Assembly: GCA_963761335.1 (NCBI GenBank)
Contig: CAVXGR010000024.1
Span: forward strand, 32,001-96,000
Source of the DNA: an uncultured delta proteobacterium
GTDB taxonomy: Bacteria; Desulfobacterota; Binatia; HRBIN30; BPIQ01
Length of the DNA: 64,000 bases
Direction: 5' to 3'
Shown here: positions 29,317 through 39,221 of the stretch, piece by piece
Layout: each line of letters opens with the position of its first letter
Numbering within the stretch: position 1 is the stretch's first letter
Position numbers and translations under genes: made by a program
Notes under the pieces: generated by a model
What the model was told of the DNA's origin: nothing
The model's database searches: none
What the model saw: only the letters and a program-made list of their open reading frames with translations

Positions 29317-29802
29317 CTACTTGTGCGGCTTGGCCGGCTTCTCCGGCTTGGCGGGCTTGGCCGGCTTGGCCGGATGGCTCGGGCCCGAGTTCAGCTCAGG
29401 CTGCGGCTTGTGCGGCTTGGCCGGCTTGGCGGGCTTTGCAGGCTTGGCCGGATGGCTCGGGCCCGGGTTCAGCTCGGGCTGCGGCTTGTGCGGCTTGGCC
29501 GGCTTGGCGGGCTTTTCCGGCTTGGCCGGGTGGCTCGGGCCCGGGTTCAACTCGGGCTGCGGCTTGTGCGGCTTGGCCGGCTTGGCGGGCTTTTCCGGCT
29601 TGGCCGGGTGGCTCGGCCCGGTGTTGAGCTGCGGCTGCCCCTTGTGCGCCTTGGCCGGCTTCGCTGGCTTTGCCGGCTTTGCAGGCTTTGCGGGCTTTGC
29701 GGGTTTCGTCTGCGCCATGACCGGTGCGGCCAGAAACATGCCCAGGGCCAACCCGCCGAGCGCCGTGCTGAACGCGTGGCTCCATCTCTTGGTATGCGTC
29801 AT
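29317..29802 (-). CDS. Secreted Lys/Pro/Ala repeat protein ((xKP)n plus four 26-aa units)
   Basis: Signal peptide ending VMA-Q, four ~78-nt tandem repeats, own terminator. Confidence 0.8.
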   Translation of the reverse strand: MTHTKRWSHAFSTALGGLALGMFLAAPVMAQTKPAKPAKPAKPAKPAKPAKAHKGQPQLNTGPSHPAKPEKPAKPAKPHKPQPELNPGPSHPAKPEKPAKPAKPHKPQPELNPGPSHPAKPAKPAKPAKPHKPQPELNSGPSHPAKPAKPAKPEKPAKPHK

Positions 29803-30120
29803 TCTCAATCCCCCTTGCTGAGACACCTTGATGATCACCCGTGAAAAACGCCTCACGAGCCGACTGGCTACTCACCCAACTCGACCGCTTGTACGCCTCT
29901 TAGCGTGCCGCGTTTCAATAGACAAGCGAAATCATAAAGGTCCATGTCGATTGCCGCATTTCTTCTTTTGCAACATTTTCAGCATGTGTCCTGACCGAAC
30001 CGCGGGGGGGCCCGGAGGCTGGACCAGGTGCGGATGCGGGGCAATCCAGGCAGGCCTTTTCTCTGGGAGGCGGTTCCCGCGGGCGTGGCACCGGCGAGCA
30101 AACTCGGCTAAGTACGCGCC

Positions 30121-31131
30121 ATGCCGCGTCGCTCGACGCTGTACACCGCGCTGATTGCACTGGTGCTGCTCGCCGTCCTCGGCACCGCAGGCTACGTGCT
30201 GTTTGCGGGCATGAGCGTGGCAGACGCTTTGTATATGACGGTGATCACCCTCTCCACCGTCGGCTATCGCGAGGTGCAGCCCCTGGGCACTGCCGGACGG
30301 ACCTTCACCATGGTCCTGTTGACCGGCGGTCTGGGGATTGTCTTCTACGGCGCCAGCCTGGTGGCGCGCGACATCATCGAAGGGGAGCTGCAGCGGTCCT
30401 TTGGGAGGCGCAGAGTGCAGAGACACGTCGATCGGATGGAGAATCACTTCATCGTCTGCGGTTTCGGCCGCATGGGCCGGATCGTCTGCCGGGAGCTCGC
30501 TGCCAAGCCTGCCCCGTTCGTGGTCGTCGAGCGAGATCCGGAGACCCTGCGGCATCTGACCGAGGAGGAGTTTGCCTTCGTCGAGGGGGATGCCACCGAG
30601 GACACCGTCCTCGAGCGCGCCGGCATCAAGCGCGCGCGCGCCCTGGTGGCAGCGCTCTCCAATGATTCCGACAACGTCTACGTGGTCTTGACGGCACGCG
30701 AGGCCAAGCCCGACCTGCTCATCGTGGCCCGCGCCGAGGACGAGCGCAGCGAGCGGAAGCTCATCCATGCCGGCGCCACCCGGGTGGTCTCTCCATACGT
30801 GATCGGCGGCTACCGCATGGCGCACGCGCTGCTGCGGCCGGCGGTGCTGGACGTCATCGACCTGGCGACGCACTACAGCAGCATCGAGCTCCAGATCGAG
30901 GAGGTCACCGTCGCCCCGGGCGGCTTTGCCGAGGGGAGCACGCTGGAGGAGTCGGGGATCCGCGATCAGCTCGGCATCATCGTCATCGCCATCAAGAAGG
31001 CGAGCGGCGACATGCAGTTCAATCCCGCCCCCGGCGTGCGCATCGCCGCCGGCGATCGCCTGGTGCTGATGGGCGAGACCGCGAGCCTGCAGGCGCTCGA
31101 GCGCCGCCTGCGAGGGCAGGCGGTTTCCTGA
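30121..31131 (+). CDS. Potassium channel protein with RCK (TrkA-N/TrkA-C) domains
   Basis: TVGY filter, CGFGRMG, GDAT, TrkA-C. Confidence 0.92.
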   Translation: MPRRSTLYTALIALVLLAVLGTAGYVLFAGMSVADALYMTVITLSTVGYREVQPLGTAGRTFTMVLLTGGLGIVFYGASLVARDIIEGELQRSFGRRRVQRHVDRMENHFIVCGFGRMGRIVCRELAAKPAPFVVVERDPETLRHLTEEEFAFVEGDATEDTVLERAGIKRARALVAALSNDSDNVYVVLTAREAKPDLLIVARAEDERSERKLIHAGATRVVSPYVIGGYRMAHALLRPAVLDVIDLATHYSSIELQIEEVTVAPGGFAEGSTLEESGIRDQLGIIVIAIKKASGDMQFNPAPGVRIAAGDRLVLMGETASLQALERRLRGQAVS

Positions 31132-32760
31132 TCAGGCGCGCAAGACGCGCCCGGCGCGGCCCGAGGAGTCGTAGCGGTCGCCGTCGAGCACGTGTCTGCC
31201 GTTGATCAACACGTGCTCGATGCCGACGGGATGGCGGTCGGGGGCGGCGAAGGTGGCGGTATCGCGCAGGGCGGTAGGATCGAGGATCACCAGATCGGCG
31301 GCGCAACCGGCCTTCACCCAGCCGCGATCCGTCCAGCCGAGGCGCTCGGCCGCCGCGCCGGTCATCTTGTGGACGGCCTCCTCGAAGGAAAACAGCCCGG
31401 CGTTGACGTACGTGCTGAGAACACGGGGAAAGGTTCCGTAGCTGGCCGGGTTCTGGTGCCCCTCGCGGGTGACGAAGGTATCGGTCTCGATGGTGCAGAG
31501 GGGATGGGCCAGCACCGCCCGCAGAGGCTCCTCGGAGTCGCTGTCACCGCTGTAGGTATGGATGAGAACCCGGGCATTGCGATGGCTGTCCACCACCAGG
31601 CGGCAGTAGAAATCGAAGGCGTCCATTCCTTCGCGTTCGGCGGCCTCGGTGACGCGCAGGCCATTGTAGCCGTTCCAGCGGGGCAGATTGCAGTTCATGA
31701 TCTGAATGTCGCTGAGATTGAAGCCGAGACTGGCGAAGGCGGCGTCGGCGAACTGGCGCAGATTGTGGCGCTCTTCCTCGTCGGCGAGAACCTGCTCCAG
31801 TCGCGGTAGGACCCATGGGGGGAAGATGACACTCGCGGTGGTATTGCCGGCGGTGTACGGGAAGGCGTCGAAGGCGACGTCGAGCCCGTCGCCGCGGGCC
31901 TGCTCGATCACCTGCAACGCCTCGAGATGGCTGGGCCAGGTGGTGCGCCCGACGAAGATCAGATGGCTGATCTGCAGGCGCACGGCGGCGGCCGCGCCGA
32001 CGCGAAGGATCTCCCGGATCGCCGCGAGGTTGTGGAACTCCGCGGTCGGGTCGCTCTGATAGACGCCGCTGACCCAGCTGTAGGCCTTGAGGTGGGAGGT
32101 GAAGAGCTTGCCGGAGAGAGCTGCCCAGCGGGCGAACTCAGCCAGCTCTTCTTCTGCCGCGAAGATCCCCGGCGGGTAGCCGAGGCCGGTGCTCACCCCG
32201 ATGCAGCCGTCATCGAGCGCCTCGCGGGTCAGCTTCTCCATCTGTCGCAGCTCGCCCTGGCTCGGCGCCGCCGGATTCAGCGGCCCGCTGACCGCGGCCC
32301 GCACCGTCCCGTGACCGACCAGCTGGGCGATGTTCAGCGATATGCCGCCCTCGTCGAGGGCATCGAGAAACTCGCGCATCGAACGCCAGCGCAGGTCGAT
32401 GGCGCCGTCGAGGATCAGCCGGCTGGCGTCGTGAGCCGCGGCGCGGTTGACGTCGGTGATCGGCGCCGGCGAGAAGCCGCAGTTCCCGCCCACCAACGAG
32501 GTCATCCCCTGGCGGATGAAGGGCTCCACCAGTGAGCCGTGATCGACGCCGGGCAGCAGCCAGTCCGAATGCGAATGGATGTCGATGAAGCCGGGGGTGA
32601 TGATCTTGCCGGCGCAGTCGAGCTGGCGCGCCGCGGTGACGCCCCGCAGATCTCCGACAGCGACGATTCGGTCGCCCTGGATGCCGACGTCGGCCGGCAC
32701 CGCCGGCGCTCCGGAACCATCGACGACGCGGCCGCCCTGAAGCTTGAGATCACAGTCCAC
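31132..32760 (-). CDS. N-acyl-D-amino-acid deacylase family amidohydrolase
   Basis: PGFIDIHSHSD, GNCG, GHG, YGTFPRVL, ADLVILD. Confidence 0.88.
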   Translation of the reverse strand: MDCDLKLQGGRVVDGSGAPAVPADVGIQGDRIVAVGDLRGVTAARQLDCAGKIITPGFIDIHSHSDWLLPGVDHGSLVEPFIRQGMTSLVGGNCGFSPAPITDVNRAAAHDASRLILDGAIDLRWRSMREFLDALDEGGISLNIAQLVGHGTVRAAVSGPLNPAAPSQGELRQMEKLTREALDDGCIGVSTGLGYPPGIFAAEEELAEFARWAALSGKLFTSHLKAYSWVSGVYQSDPTAEFHNLAAIREILRVGAAAAVRLQISHLIFVGRTTWPSHLEALQVIEQARGDGLDVAFDAFPYTAGNTTASVIFPPWVLPRLEQVLADEEERHNLRQFADAAFASLGFNLSDIQIMNCNLPRWNGYNGLRVTEAAEREGMDAFDFYCRLVVDSHRNARVLIHTYSGDSDSEEPLRAVLAHPLCTIETDTFVTREGHQNPASYGTFPRVLSTYVNAGLFSFEEAVHKMTGAAAERLGWTDRGWVKAGCAADLVILDPTALRDTATFAAPDRHPVGIEHVLINGRHVLDGDRYDSSGRAGRVLRA

Positions 32761-32822
32761 CGGCGTTCCTCCTCCGCTGCGCTGCGGACTCTAGACAACG
32801 ACCGTGCAGCGAGCAAGGCGAT

Positions 32823-33560
32823 TCAGGGCTTGGTTTCGGCGCCCCGTCTCTGCGCGTGCTCCCTGCCTCTGTCGTAGCCCTTGCGAAAGGGCGCGGCGTC
32901 GTACTCTCGCGGGTAGCGTTCGCGGAGGACGGGCGCCGCCTCGGCGAAATGCGCGCCGCGCGTGTGCGGTGACAGCGCCGCCTCGAAGCCGCTGCGATAC
33001 ACCGGCTCGTCGCGCTCGAAGTCGGCACCGTAGTGCTCCCCCTCGGCGTCGCGCAGCCCGAGCCACCATTTCTCGCGCGCGGCGTCGATGCTCTCGGCGC
33101 CGCACTGCTGCATCACCTCGCGCACCGGATCTTCGTTGTCCTTGGCGCCGACCATGGCGATCACCACCGTGTGCCCGTGCCGCAGTGCGTCCTCGTAGAC
33201 GTAGATCTCATCGGCGGGAAGCCCGACTGCGAAAGAGCGGTCGAACGTATCGCCAATTTTCCAGCCAACCGCGCCGGCGCCCGCCCCGAAGAGTGCCGCC
33301 GCGGCGAGGCCGACGGCGGTCACCGCCCCGATGCCCGGGAGCGCCAGGGCAGTTCCCACCCCGAGGGCGCCGCCGAGAACGCCGCCCAGCGCTGCCGAGA
33401 CCGGCGGCATGTCGTCAGTGGACGGCACCGAGTGCACCGCGGATTCCGGCGCCCCCGGGGTGAGGAGATTCAGATGCTTGGTTCCAATGATGGCGGTCAG
33501 CTTCTCGGTCGCGCACGTCGCTTCGGCGAGGGACGGGAAGACACCGGTGATGGCTCGCAT
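32823..33560 (-). CDS. Hypothetical stress-type protein with a Gly-rich hydrophobic hairpin
   Basis: GGAGG RBS; ALPGIGAVTAVG..GLP.DE..YEDALRHG pattern. Confidence 0.65.
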   Translation of the reverse strand: MRAITGVFPSLAEATCATEKLTAIIGTKHLNLLTPGAPESAVHSVPSTDDMPPVSAALGGVLGGALGVGTALALPGIGAVTAVGLAAAALFGAGAGAVGWKIGDTFDRSFAVGLPADEIYVYEDALRHGHTVVIAMVGAKDNEDPVREVMQQCGAESIDAAREKWWLGLRDAEGEHYGADFERDEPVYRSGFEAALSPHTRGAHFAEAAPVLRERYPREYDAAPFRKGYDRGREHAQRRGAETKP

Positions 33561-33971
33561 CGCACACCTCCTTTTGGGTTGGGCAAACGCGATGCGCGTC
33601 TGCGCAGCGGCGAGCTCTCGAACGCCGCGTTCGAAGGTGCTCGCGCAGAGCACCAGTAGTTCTCGCGTGCAATGCATCCGCCGTGCCGGCTTGACATCCG
33701 AGACAGGCTGCCGGTGACAGCCGGCCCGCGGCTCCAGGTGAGGGCGCAAGAATTACATCGCTGATTGAAATTCAGCGACCACCACCGGGACGCCGCCCAC
33801 CCGCGTCGGCTCCGGGTGCCGGGCGGCCGACGCCGACACCTCGACCCCTCCGCAGCTCATCTTCGCCTGGCAGTCGCTTTGCGCTATCTTCGCTGCAGGG
33901 GTTTCTGGGCGGTGGTGTGATTGCCGGCGCGATGCGTGCCTGAGGCGAGCCGCCCAGGCGGAGAGGAGTGC

Positions 33972-34481
33972 ATGATGAGCAGCAGGGAACGGATCCTGGT
34001 CGGGGTCGACGAGAGCGAGGCCTCGGATCGCGCCATCGCCTACGTCGGTGAGATCGCCGCCAAATGCGGCAGCTTCGAGGTCACCATTCTTCACATCCTG
34101 CAGCCGCTGCCGCCGCGTCTGCTCGAGTTTCGCGGCGCCGAATCACCGCACGACGAGAGGCAGCTGAAGGACGAGCTCGACGACAAGCAGTCGGGCTGGC
34201 TCGACGAGCAGCGCCGGCGGGCGCAGCAGACGGTGGAGAAGGCGAGCGCGGCGCTGCGCGCCACCGGCGTGGCGGCGGATCAGATTCAGGTGAAGCTGAG
34301 CGAGCACAAGTCGGGAGAATCGGTTGCCGAGCACCTGCTGGCGCAGGCGAAGAAGAACGATTGTCATACCGTGGTCACCGGCCGCGGCGCCTTCTCCTGG
34401 GTGAAGGAGATGTTCCGGAGCCATCTCGCCGACGAGCTGGTGCGCCAAGGGGAGGGCTTCAGCATCTGGATCGTCCGCTGA
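33972..34481 (+). CDS. Universal stress protein
   Basis: ILVGVDES..S.RA, VVTGRG; GAGGAG RBS. Confidence 0.85.
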   Translation: MMSSRERILVGVDESEASDRAIAYVGEIAAKCGSFEVTILHILQPLPPRLLEFRGAESPHDERQLKDELDDKQSGWLDEQRRRAQQTVEKASAALRATGVAADQIQVKLSEHKSGESVAEHLLAQAKKNDCHTVVTGRGAFSWVKEMFRSHLADELVRQGEGFSIWIVR

Positions 34482-34572
34482 GAACGGAGAATGAAGCGCG
34501 TGCCCCCCGGGGGGTGTCGATCCCTCGACAGATGCCCGCGACGCACGGTACTTACTCCCGGGAAGGGGTATC

Positions 34573-36177
34573 GTGTCAGAAGAAATCGTCGACGTCTTGA
34601 TCGTCGGCTCCGGAGCCTCCGGGGCCGCGTTTGCGTGGAGCCTGGCGGACACGCGCATGAACATCCTCTGTCTCGAGCAGGGGGACTGGATGAAGCCGGA
34701 GGCGTACCCAGGCATGGGGATGGACTGGGAGGCGCGGCAGCTCGGCGACTTTGCGCTCAGCCCGAACGCGCGCGGGCGGCGTGAGGACTATCCGGTCAAC
34801 GACAGCGCCTCGCCGATTCAGGCGTCGATGTTCAACGCGGTCGGCGGCAGCACCATCATGTACGCCGCGCACTTCCCGCGCTTTCACCCGTCGGACTTTC
34901 GCGTCCGGACGCTCGATGGCGTCGCCGACGACTGGCCGATCGATTACCCGCGCCTGGCGCCGTACTACGATGTGAACGCGCACATGATGGGCGTATCGGG
35001 CCTGGCCGGCGATCCCATGTATCCGCCCAAGGAGGTGCCTCTTCCTCCGGTGGCGCTCGGCAAGCTGGGCGAGACCCTGGCCAAGGGGTTCAATCGGCTG
35101 GGCTGGCACTGGTGGCCCTCCGATAGCGCCATCACCACACAGGAGCACGAGGGCCGCGCCCCGTGCATCAATGCCGGCACCTGCCTGATCGGCTGCGCCC
35201 AGGGGGCGAAGGCGAGCACCGATATCACCTACTGGCCGGCGGCCATGCGCCAGGGGGTGCGGCTGAAGACGCGTTGTCGGGTGCGCGAGATCACCGTCGG
35301 CGCCGACGGCATGGCCGATGGCGTCATCTACTACGACGCCGACGGTGCCGAGTGTCGCCAGAAGGCCCACGTGGTGGTGGTCGCGTGCAACGGCATCGGC
35401 ACGCCGCGCCTGCTGCTGAACTCGAAATCCAAGCTCTTTCCCGACGGGCTGGCGAATCGCAGTGGCCTGGTCGGCAAGAACTTGATGTTTCACCCCTATG
35501 CAATGGTCCTCGGCATCTTCGACGAGCCGCTCGAAGGCTACAAGGGACCCACAGGCTGCTGCATCATGAGCCAGGAATTCTACGAGACGGACCTGTCCCG
35601 TGACTTCCTGCGCGGCTACTCCTTCGAGATCGTCAGAGGCGGCGGACCGGTGTCCACCGCATTGCGCGGCATGCAATGGGGACGCATTCCGTGGGGCGCC
35701 GAGCACCACCGGGCCTTCGGCGGTCTCTTCGATCGGGCCGCGGGAATGGTCGCCATCTGTGAGGATCTTCCGGAGACCGAGAACGCGGTGAGCCTCGACC
35801 CCGATCTCCGCGACGCGGATGGCATCCCGGCTCCGAAGATCACCTATCGGCTGAGCCAGAACAGCAGCAAGATGCTCGAGCACTGCGTCGCCCGCGGCGC
35901 GGAGGTTCTGCGGGCCGCGGGTGCCACCGATACCATCGTCGAGGCGCCGCTGCCGTTTGCCGGATGGCACCTGATGGGAACGGCGCGGATGGGCACAGAC
36001 CCCAAGACCTCGGTGGTCAACGAGTGGGGTCGATGCCACGACGTGCGCAACCTGTTCGTCATCGATGGCAGCATCTTCGTGACCGCAGCCGCGGTGAACC
36101 CGACGAATACCATCCAGGCCCTGGCGCTCTACATCGCCGACACGATGAAGAAGAACCTGGCGAACCTGTTCGACTGA
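34573..36177 (+). CDS. GMC-family flavoprotein oxidoreductase (gluconate-2-dehydrogenase large-subunit-like)
   Basis: GSGASG, VGGST, CxxxGxCxxGC, HLMGTARMG, NPT. Confidence 0.9.
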   Translation: MSEEIVDVLIVGSGASGAAFAWSLADTRMNILCLEQGDWMKPEAYPGMGMDWEARQLGDFALSPNARGRREDYPVNDSASPIQASMFNAVGGSTIMYAAHFPRFHPSDFRVRTLDGVADDWPIDYPRLAPYYDVNAHMMGVSGLAGDPMYPPKEVPLPPVALGKLGETLAKGFNRLGWHWWPSDSAITTQEHEGRAPCINAGTCLIGCAQGAKASTDITYWPAAMRQGVRLKTRCRVREITVGADGMADGVIYYDADGAECRQKAHVVVVACNGIGTPRLLLNSKSKLFPDGLANRSGLVGKNLMFHPYAMVLGIFDEPLEGYKGPTGCCIMSQEFYETDLSRDFLRGYSFEIVRGGGPVSTALRGMQWGRIPWGAEHHRAFGGLFDRAAGMVAICEDLPETENAVSLDPDLRDADGIPAPKITYRLSQNSSKMLEHCVARGAEVLRAAGATDTIVEAPLPFAGWHLMGTARMGTDPKTSVVNEWGRCHDVRNLFVIDGSIFVTAAAVNPTNTIQALALYIADTMKKNLANLFD

Positions 36178-36187
36178 GAGAAGGAGC

Positions 36188-36646
36188 ATGACTGACACGG
36201 GTTCCGGTGGGTTTTCTGTGGACGAGCTGCGTACGCTGGCGAGCGTGCTGGATGAGGTGATCCCGCCGAGCGGCGACGGCCAGCTTCCCGGGGCGGGAGA
36301 GATCGGAGTAGCTGGGTACATCGACGAGGCCTTGCGCCGCCTGCCCGAGCTCCGCGCGGTGATCGCGGATGGGCTGGCAGCCGTGAACGATCTCGCCCGC
36401 CAGCAGGGCGCTGCGGACTTCGCGGCGCTGGCGCGGGCGGACAAGGTGCAGCTGCTGAGTCAGCAGGGATTCATGTTTCCCCTGACCCTGCACGCCTTCA
36501 TCGGCTACTACCAGGATCCGCGAGTGGCGCAGCGCCTGGGACTGGCGCCGCGCCCGCCGCATCCGCAGGGCTACGAGATGGAGCCCAACGACCTTTCTCT
36601 GCTCGAGCCCGTCCGCCGCCGGCGGAAGATGTATCGGGAGGTGTGA
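36188..36646 (+). CDS. Gluconate-2-dehydrogenase subunit-3-like partner protein
   Basis: VIP..PGA..GV..YID, F..L, GYYQDP; directly follows the GMC gene. Confidence 0.75.
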   Translation: MTDTGSGGFSVDELRTLASVLDEVIPPSGDGQLPGAGEIGVAGYIDEALRRLPELRAVIADGLAAVNDLARQQGAADFAALARADKVQLLSQQGFMFPLTLHAFIGYYQDPRVAQRLGLAPRPPHPQGYEMEPNDLSLLEPVRRRRKMYREV

Positions 36647-36706
36647 GGGCAGCTCTTATTCTGCCGCGCCCGACGGGCGCAGCCAGCGGCCAGGCCTGCC
36701 GCACCC

Positions 36707-38860
36707 TCAGCGGCTGCGCAGCAGCACGCAGGATTCGGCGCCGACGAGAATATACGCGGGCTCCACCGGAGGCTCGCTGCCGGGCTCGGAGATGTCGGCG
36801 GGAGCGGCGCGGGCGGTGTCGACGACGCGCACCCAGTGGCTGCCGCGCGGCGGCCCGGGCAGCTCGAAGCTCTCGTCGCGCAGCGAGCCGTTCACGGCCA
36901 GATAGATGTCGCAATCGCGCTGCGGGGCGTGCTCGCCCGCCAGGCGCATGGCGAGCACGCGGCTGGATGGGCTCCAGTCGGGCTCGTCGAGACGGATGCC
37001 GTGCCAGCTGACATCGGGCCGCGAATGCTGCCGGGTGCCCACGCCGGTGAGGAACTCGCGGCGGCGCAGCACCGGGTGGGCGCGGCGGAAGGCGATCAGC
37101 GTGCGCGCGAAGCGGAAGAGATCGCGATTGCTCTCCAGGAGGCTCCAGTCGATCCAGCTGATCTCGTTGTCCTGACAGTAGGCGTTGTTGTTGCCGTTCT
37201 GTGTACGGCCGAGCTCGTCACCACCGAGAAGCATCGGGGTTCCCTGCGACACCAGCAGGATGGTGAGCAGGTTGCGCAGGCGCTGATGGCGACGGCGCAG
37301 GATAGCGGTGTCGGTCGTGGGTCCTTCGACGCCGCAGTTGCTGCTGAAGTTGAAGTCCGACCCGTCGCGGTTGTTCTCTCCGTTGGCGAGGTTGTGCTTG
37401 CGCTCATGGGAAACCGCGTCGAGGAGAGTGAAGCCGTCGTGGCAGGTGACGAAGTTGATCGAGTGGTAGGGGCGGCGGCCGGCGCTCTGGAAGAGGTCGG
37501 CGCTTCCCGCCAAGCGGGTTGCCAGCCGGCCGGTGAAGCCGTCATCGCCGCGCACGAAGCGCCGCACGTCGTCGCGGAACATGCCGTTCCACTCCGCCCA
37601 GCGGCCCCAAAAGGGAAAGTTGCCGAGCTGGTTGAGGCCGGCGGCGTCCCACGGCTCGGCGATGAGGGTGATGTCGGCGAGCACCGGCTCGAGGGCGATG
37701 CGCTCGAGGAGAGGGGAGTTGACCAGCACCTCGCCCTTCCGGCCCCGGTTGAGAACCGACGCCAGATCGAAGCGAAAGCCGTCGACGTGCATCTCGGTCA
37801 CCCAGTAGCGCAGGGCGCTGTAGATCATCTCGCGAACCACCGGGTGATTGCAGTTGAGAGTGTTGCCGCAGCCGGAGTAGTCGAGATAGGCGCCGGTCTG
37901 CGGATCGAGCATGTAGTAGACCTCGTTGTCGAGGCCGCGGAAGGAGAAGGTCGGATCGCCGGGGCGCCCGGCGTTCTCCGCGGTGTGATTGAAGACGACG
38001 TCGAGGAAGACCTCGAGCCCGGCGCGGTGGAGCTCGCGCACGAGCTCCTTGAACTCGCGCACCTGATTGCCGTTGCGTCCATCGGCGGCATAGGCGGCCT
38101 TGGGTGCGAAGAAGCAGATGGGGCTATAGCCCCAGAAATTCTTCAGCCCCGCTCCGCTGTCGCGATTGCCCGGGAGCCTTTCGTTCTCGTCGAACTCGTA
38201 CACCGGGAGAAGCTCGACGGTGGTTACGCCGAGCTCCTTGAGATAGGGGATCTTCTCGATCAGCCCGCGATAGGTCCCAGGGTTGTCCACCGCGGAGGAG
38301 GGGTGCTGGGTGAAGCCGCGGACGTGCATCTCGTAGATGATCTTGTCGGCGAGATGCAGGCGCGGTGGACGAACCGTCTGCCAGTCGAACGGCTCGCTGA
38401 CGAATAGCGAGCGGCGGCGCTGGAAGTAGGTTCCCGGAGGCTCGTCGGCGCGCGTGTGCGGCGCCCCCCACTCGCAGCCCCCGCTCAGCGCCAAGGCGTA
38501 GGGATCGACGAGGACCTTGGACGGATCGAAGCGGTGTACCCGATCGCGGGGAGTCGGCTGGCGATCGACGCTCCAGCCGTAGCGGGCGGTGTGGTTCAGC
38601 CCTTCGATCTCGATGTGCCAGATCTCACCGGTGCGGTGAAACTCCGAGTCGAGCGGCAGGCGTGCGATCGGCTGGTGCTCGCCGGAGGTAAAGAGCAACA
38701 GGGTCACGGCGGTTCCGCTGCGAGAGAAGACGGCGAAATTCAGGCCTTGGCGGGTCTCCGACACGCCCAGCGGCAGGGCGCGCCCGCTGCGGGCGCAGAG
38801 CTGTCTTCCGCCGAGCTCGAAGGGGACGGCGGTTCCATCGGTTTTGATCTCGGTTGCCAC
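36707..38860 (-). CDS. glgX: Glycogen debranching enzyme (isoamylase, GH13)
   Basis: YEMHVRGFT, NFWGY, DVVFNHT, DGFRFDLA, AEPWD, CHDGF, NNNAYCQD. Confidence 0.93.
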   Translation of the reverse strand: MATEIKTDGTAVPFELGGRQLCARSGRALPLGVSETRQGLNFAVFSRSGTAVTLLLFTSGEHQPIARLPLDSEFHRTGEIWHIEIEGLNHTARYGWSVDRQPTPRDRVHRFDPSKVLVDPYALALSGGCEWGAPHTRADEPPGTYFQRRRSLFVSEPFDWQTVRPPRLHLADKIIYEMHVRGFTQHPSSAVDNPGTYRGLIEKIPYLKELGVTTVELLPVYEFDENERLPGNRDSGAGLKNFWGYSPICFFAPKAAYAADGRNGNQVREFKELVRELHRAGLEVFLDVVFNHTAENAGRPGDPTFSFRGLDNEVYYMLDPQTGAYLDYSGCGNTLNCNHPVVREMIYSALRYWVTEMHVDGFRFDLASVLNRGRKGEVLVNSPLLERIALEPVLADITLIAEPWDAAGLNQLGNFPFWGRWAEWNGMFRDDVRRFVRGDDGFTGRLATRLAGSADLFQSAGRRPYHSINFVTCHDGFTLLDAVSHERKHNLANGENNRDGSDFNFSSNCGVEGPTTDTAILRRRHQRLRNLLTILLVSQGTPMLLGGDELGRTQNGNNNAYCQDNEISWIDWSLLESNRDLFRFARTLIAFRRAHPVLRRREFLTGVGTRQHSRPDVSWHGIRLDEPDWSPSSRVLAMRLAGEHAPQRDCDIYLAVNGSLRDESFELPGPPRGSHWVRVVDTARAAPADISEPGSEPPVEPAYILVGAESCVLLRSR

Positions 38861-38942
38861 TCAGGACACGACTCCGCTCGGCGCCATCGCCCCCTGATAT
38901 CCGATCGCGCTGATTTATCAACGCGCTCAGGGTGTATTTAAC

Positions 38943-39100
38943 GGCTTTGCCCAACGGATGTCCGTTGGCTGCGGGCAGGTTGTTGGTTGCTTCGTTGTTA
39001 GGTTGTTGGGGCAGTTCACCCTTCTTCACAACAACCAACAACGCAACAACCTAACAACCTTCGGCGGTGCCACCGTCCGTTCGACTCGTTGGGCAAAGCC
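38943..39100 (-). mobile_element. MITE copy 2 (158 bp, inverted relative to copy 1)
   Basis: Same 14-bp TIRs. Flanks TGTATTTAAC (38933-38942) and TGCATTTAAC (39101-39110). Confidence 0.9.
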
Positions 39101-39221
39101 TGCATTTAACCCCCAGCGTTCATGGTGATAGCCTGCTTGGAAGGGGAGATGGCGAATGCCGAAGATGGACTGGCGCGCCGGCCTGTACGGCTCCGCCGAT
39201 TCGACGCAAGAAGGGAGATGC

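Noticed and set aside
29174..29821. Plus-strand ORF with (GLA)n collagen-like periodicity
   Set aside because: It is the antisense reading of the xKP repeats. The minus-strand gene has the signal peptide and the terminator.
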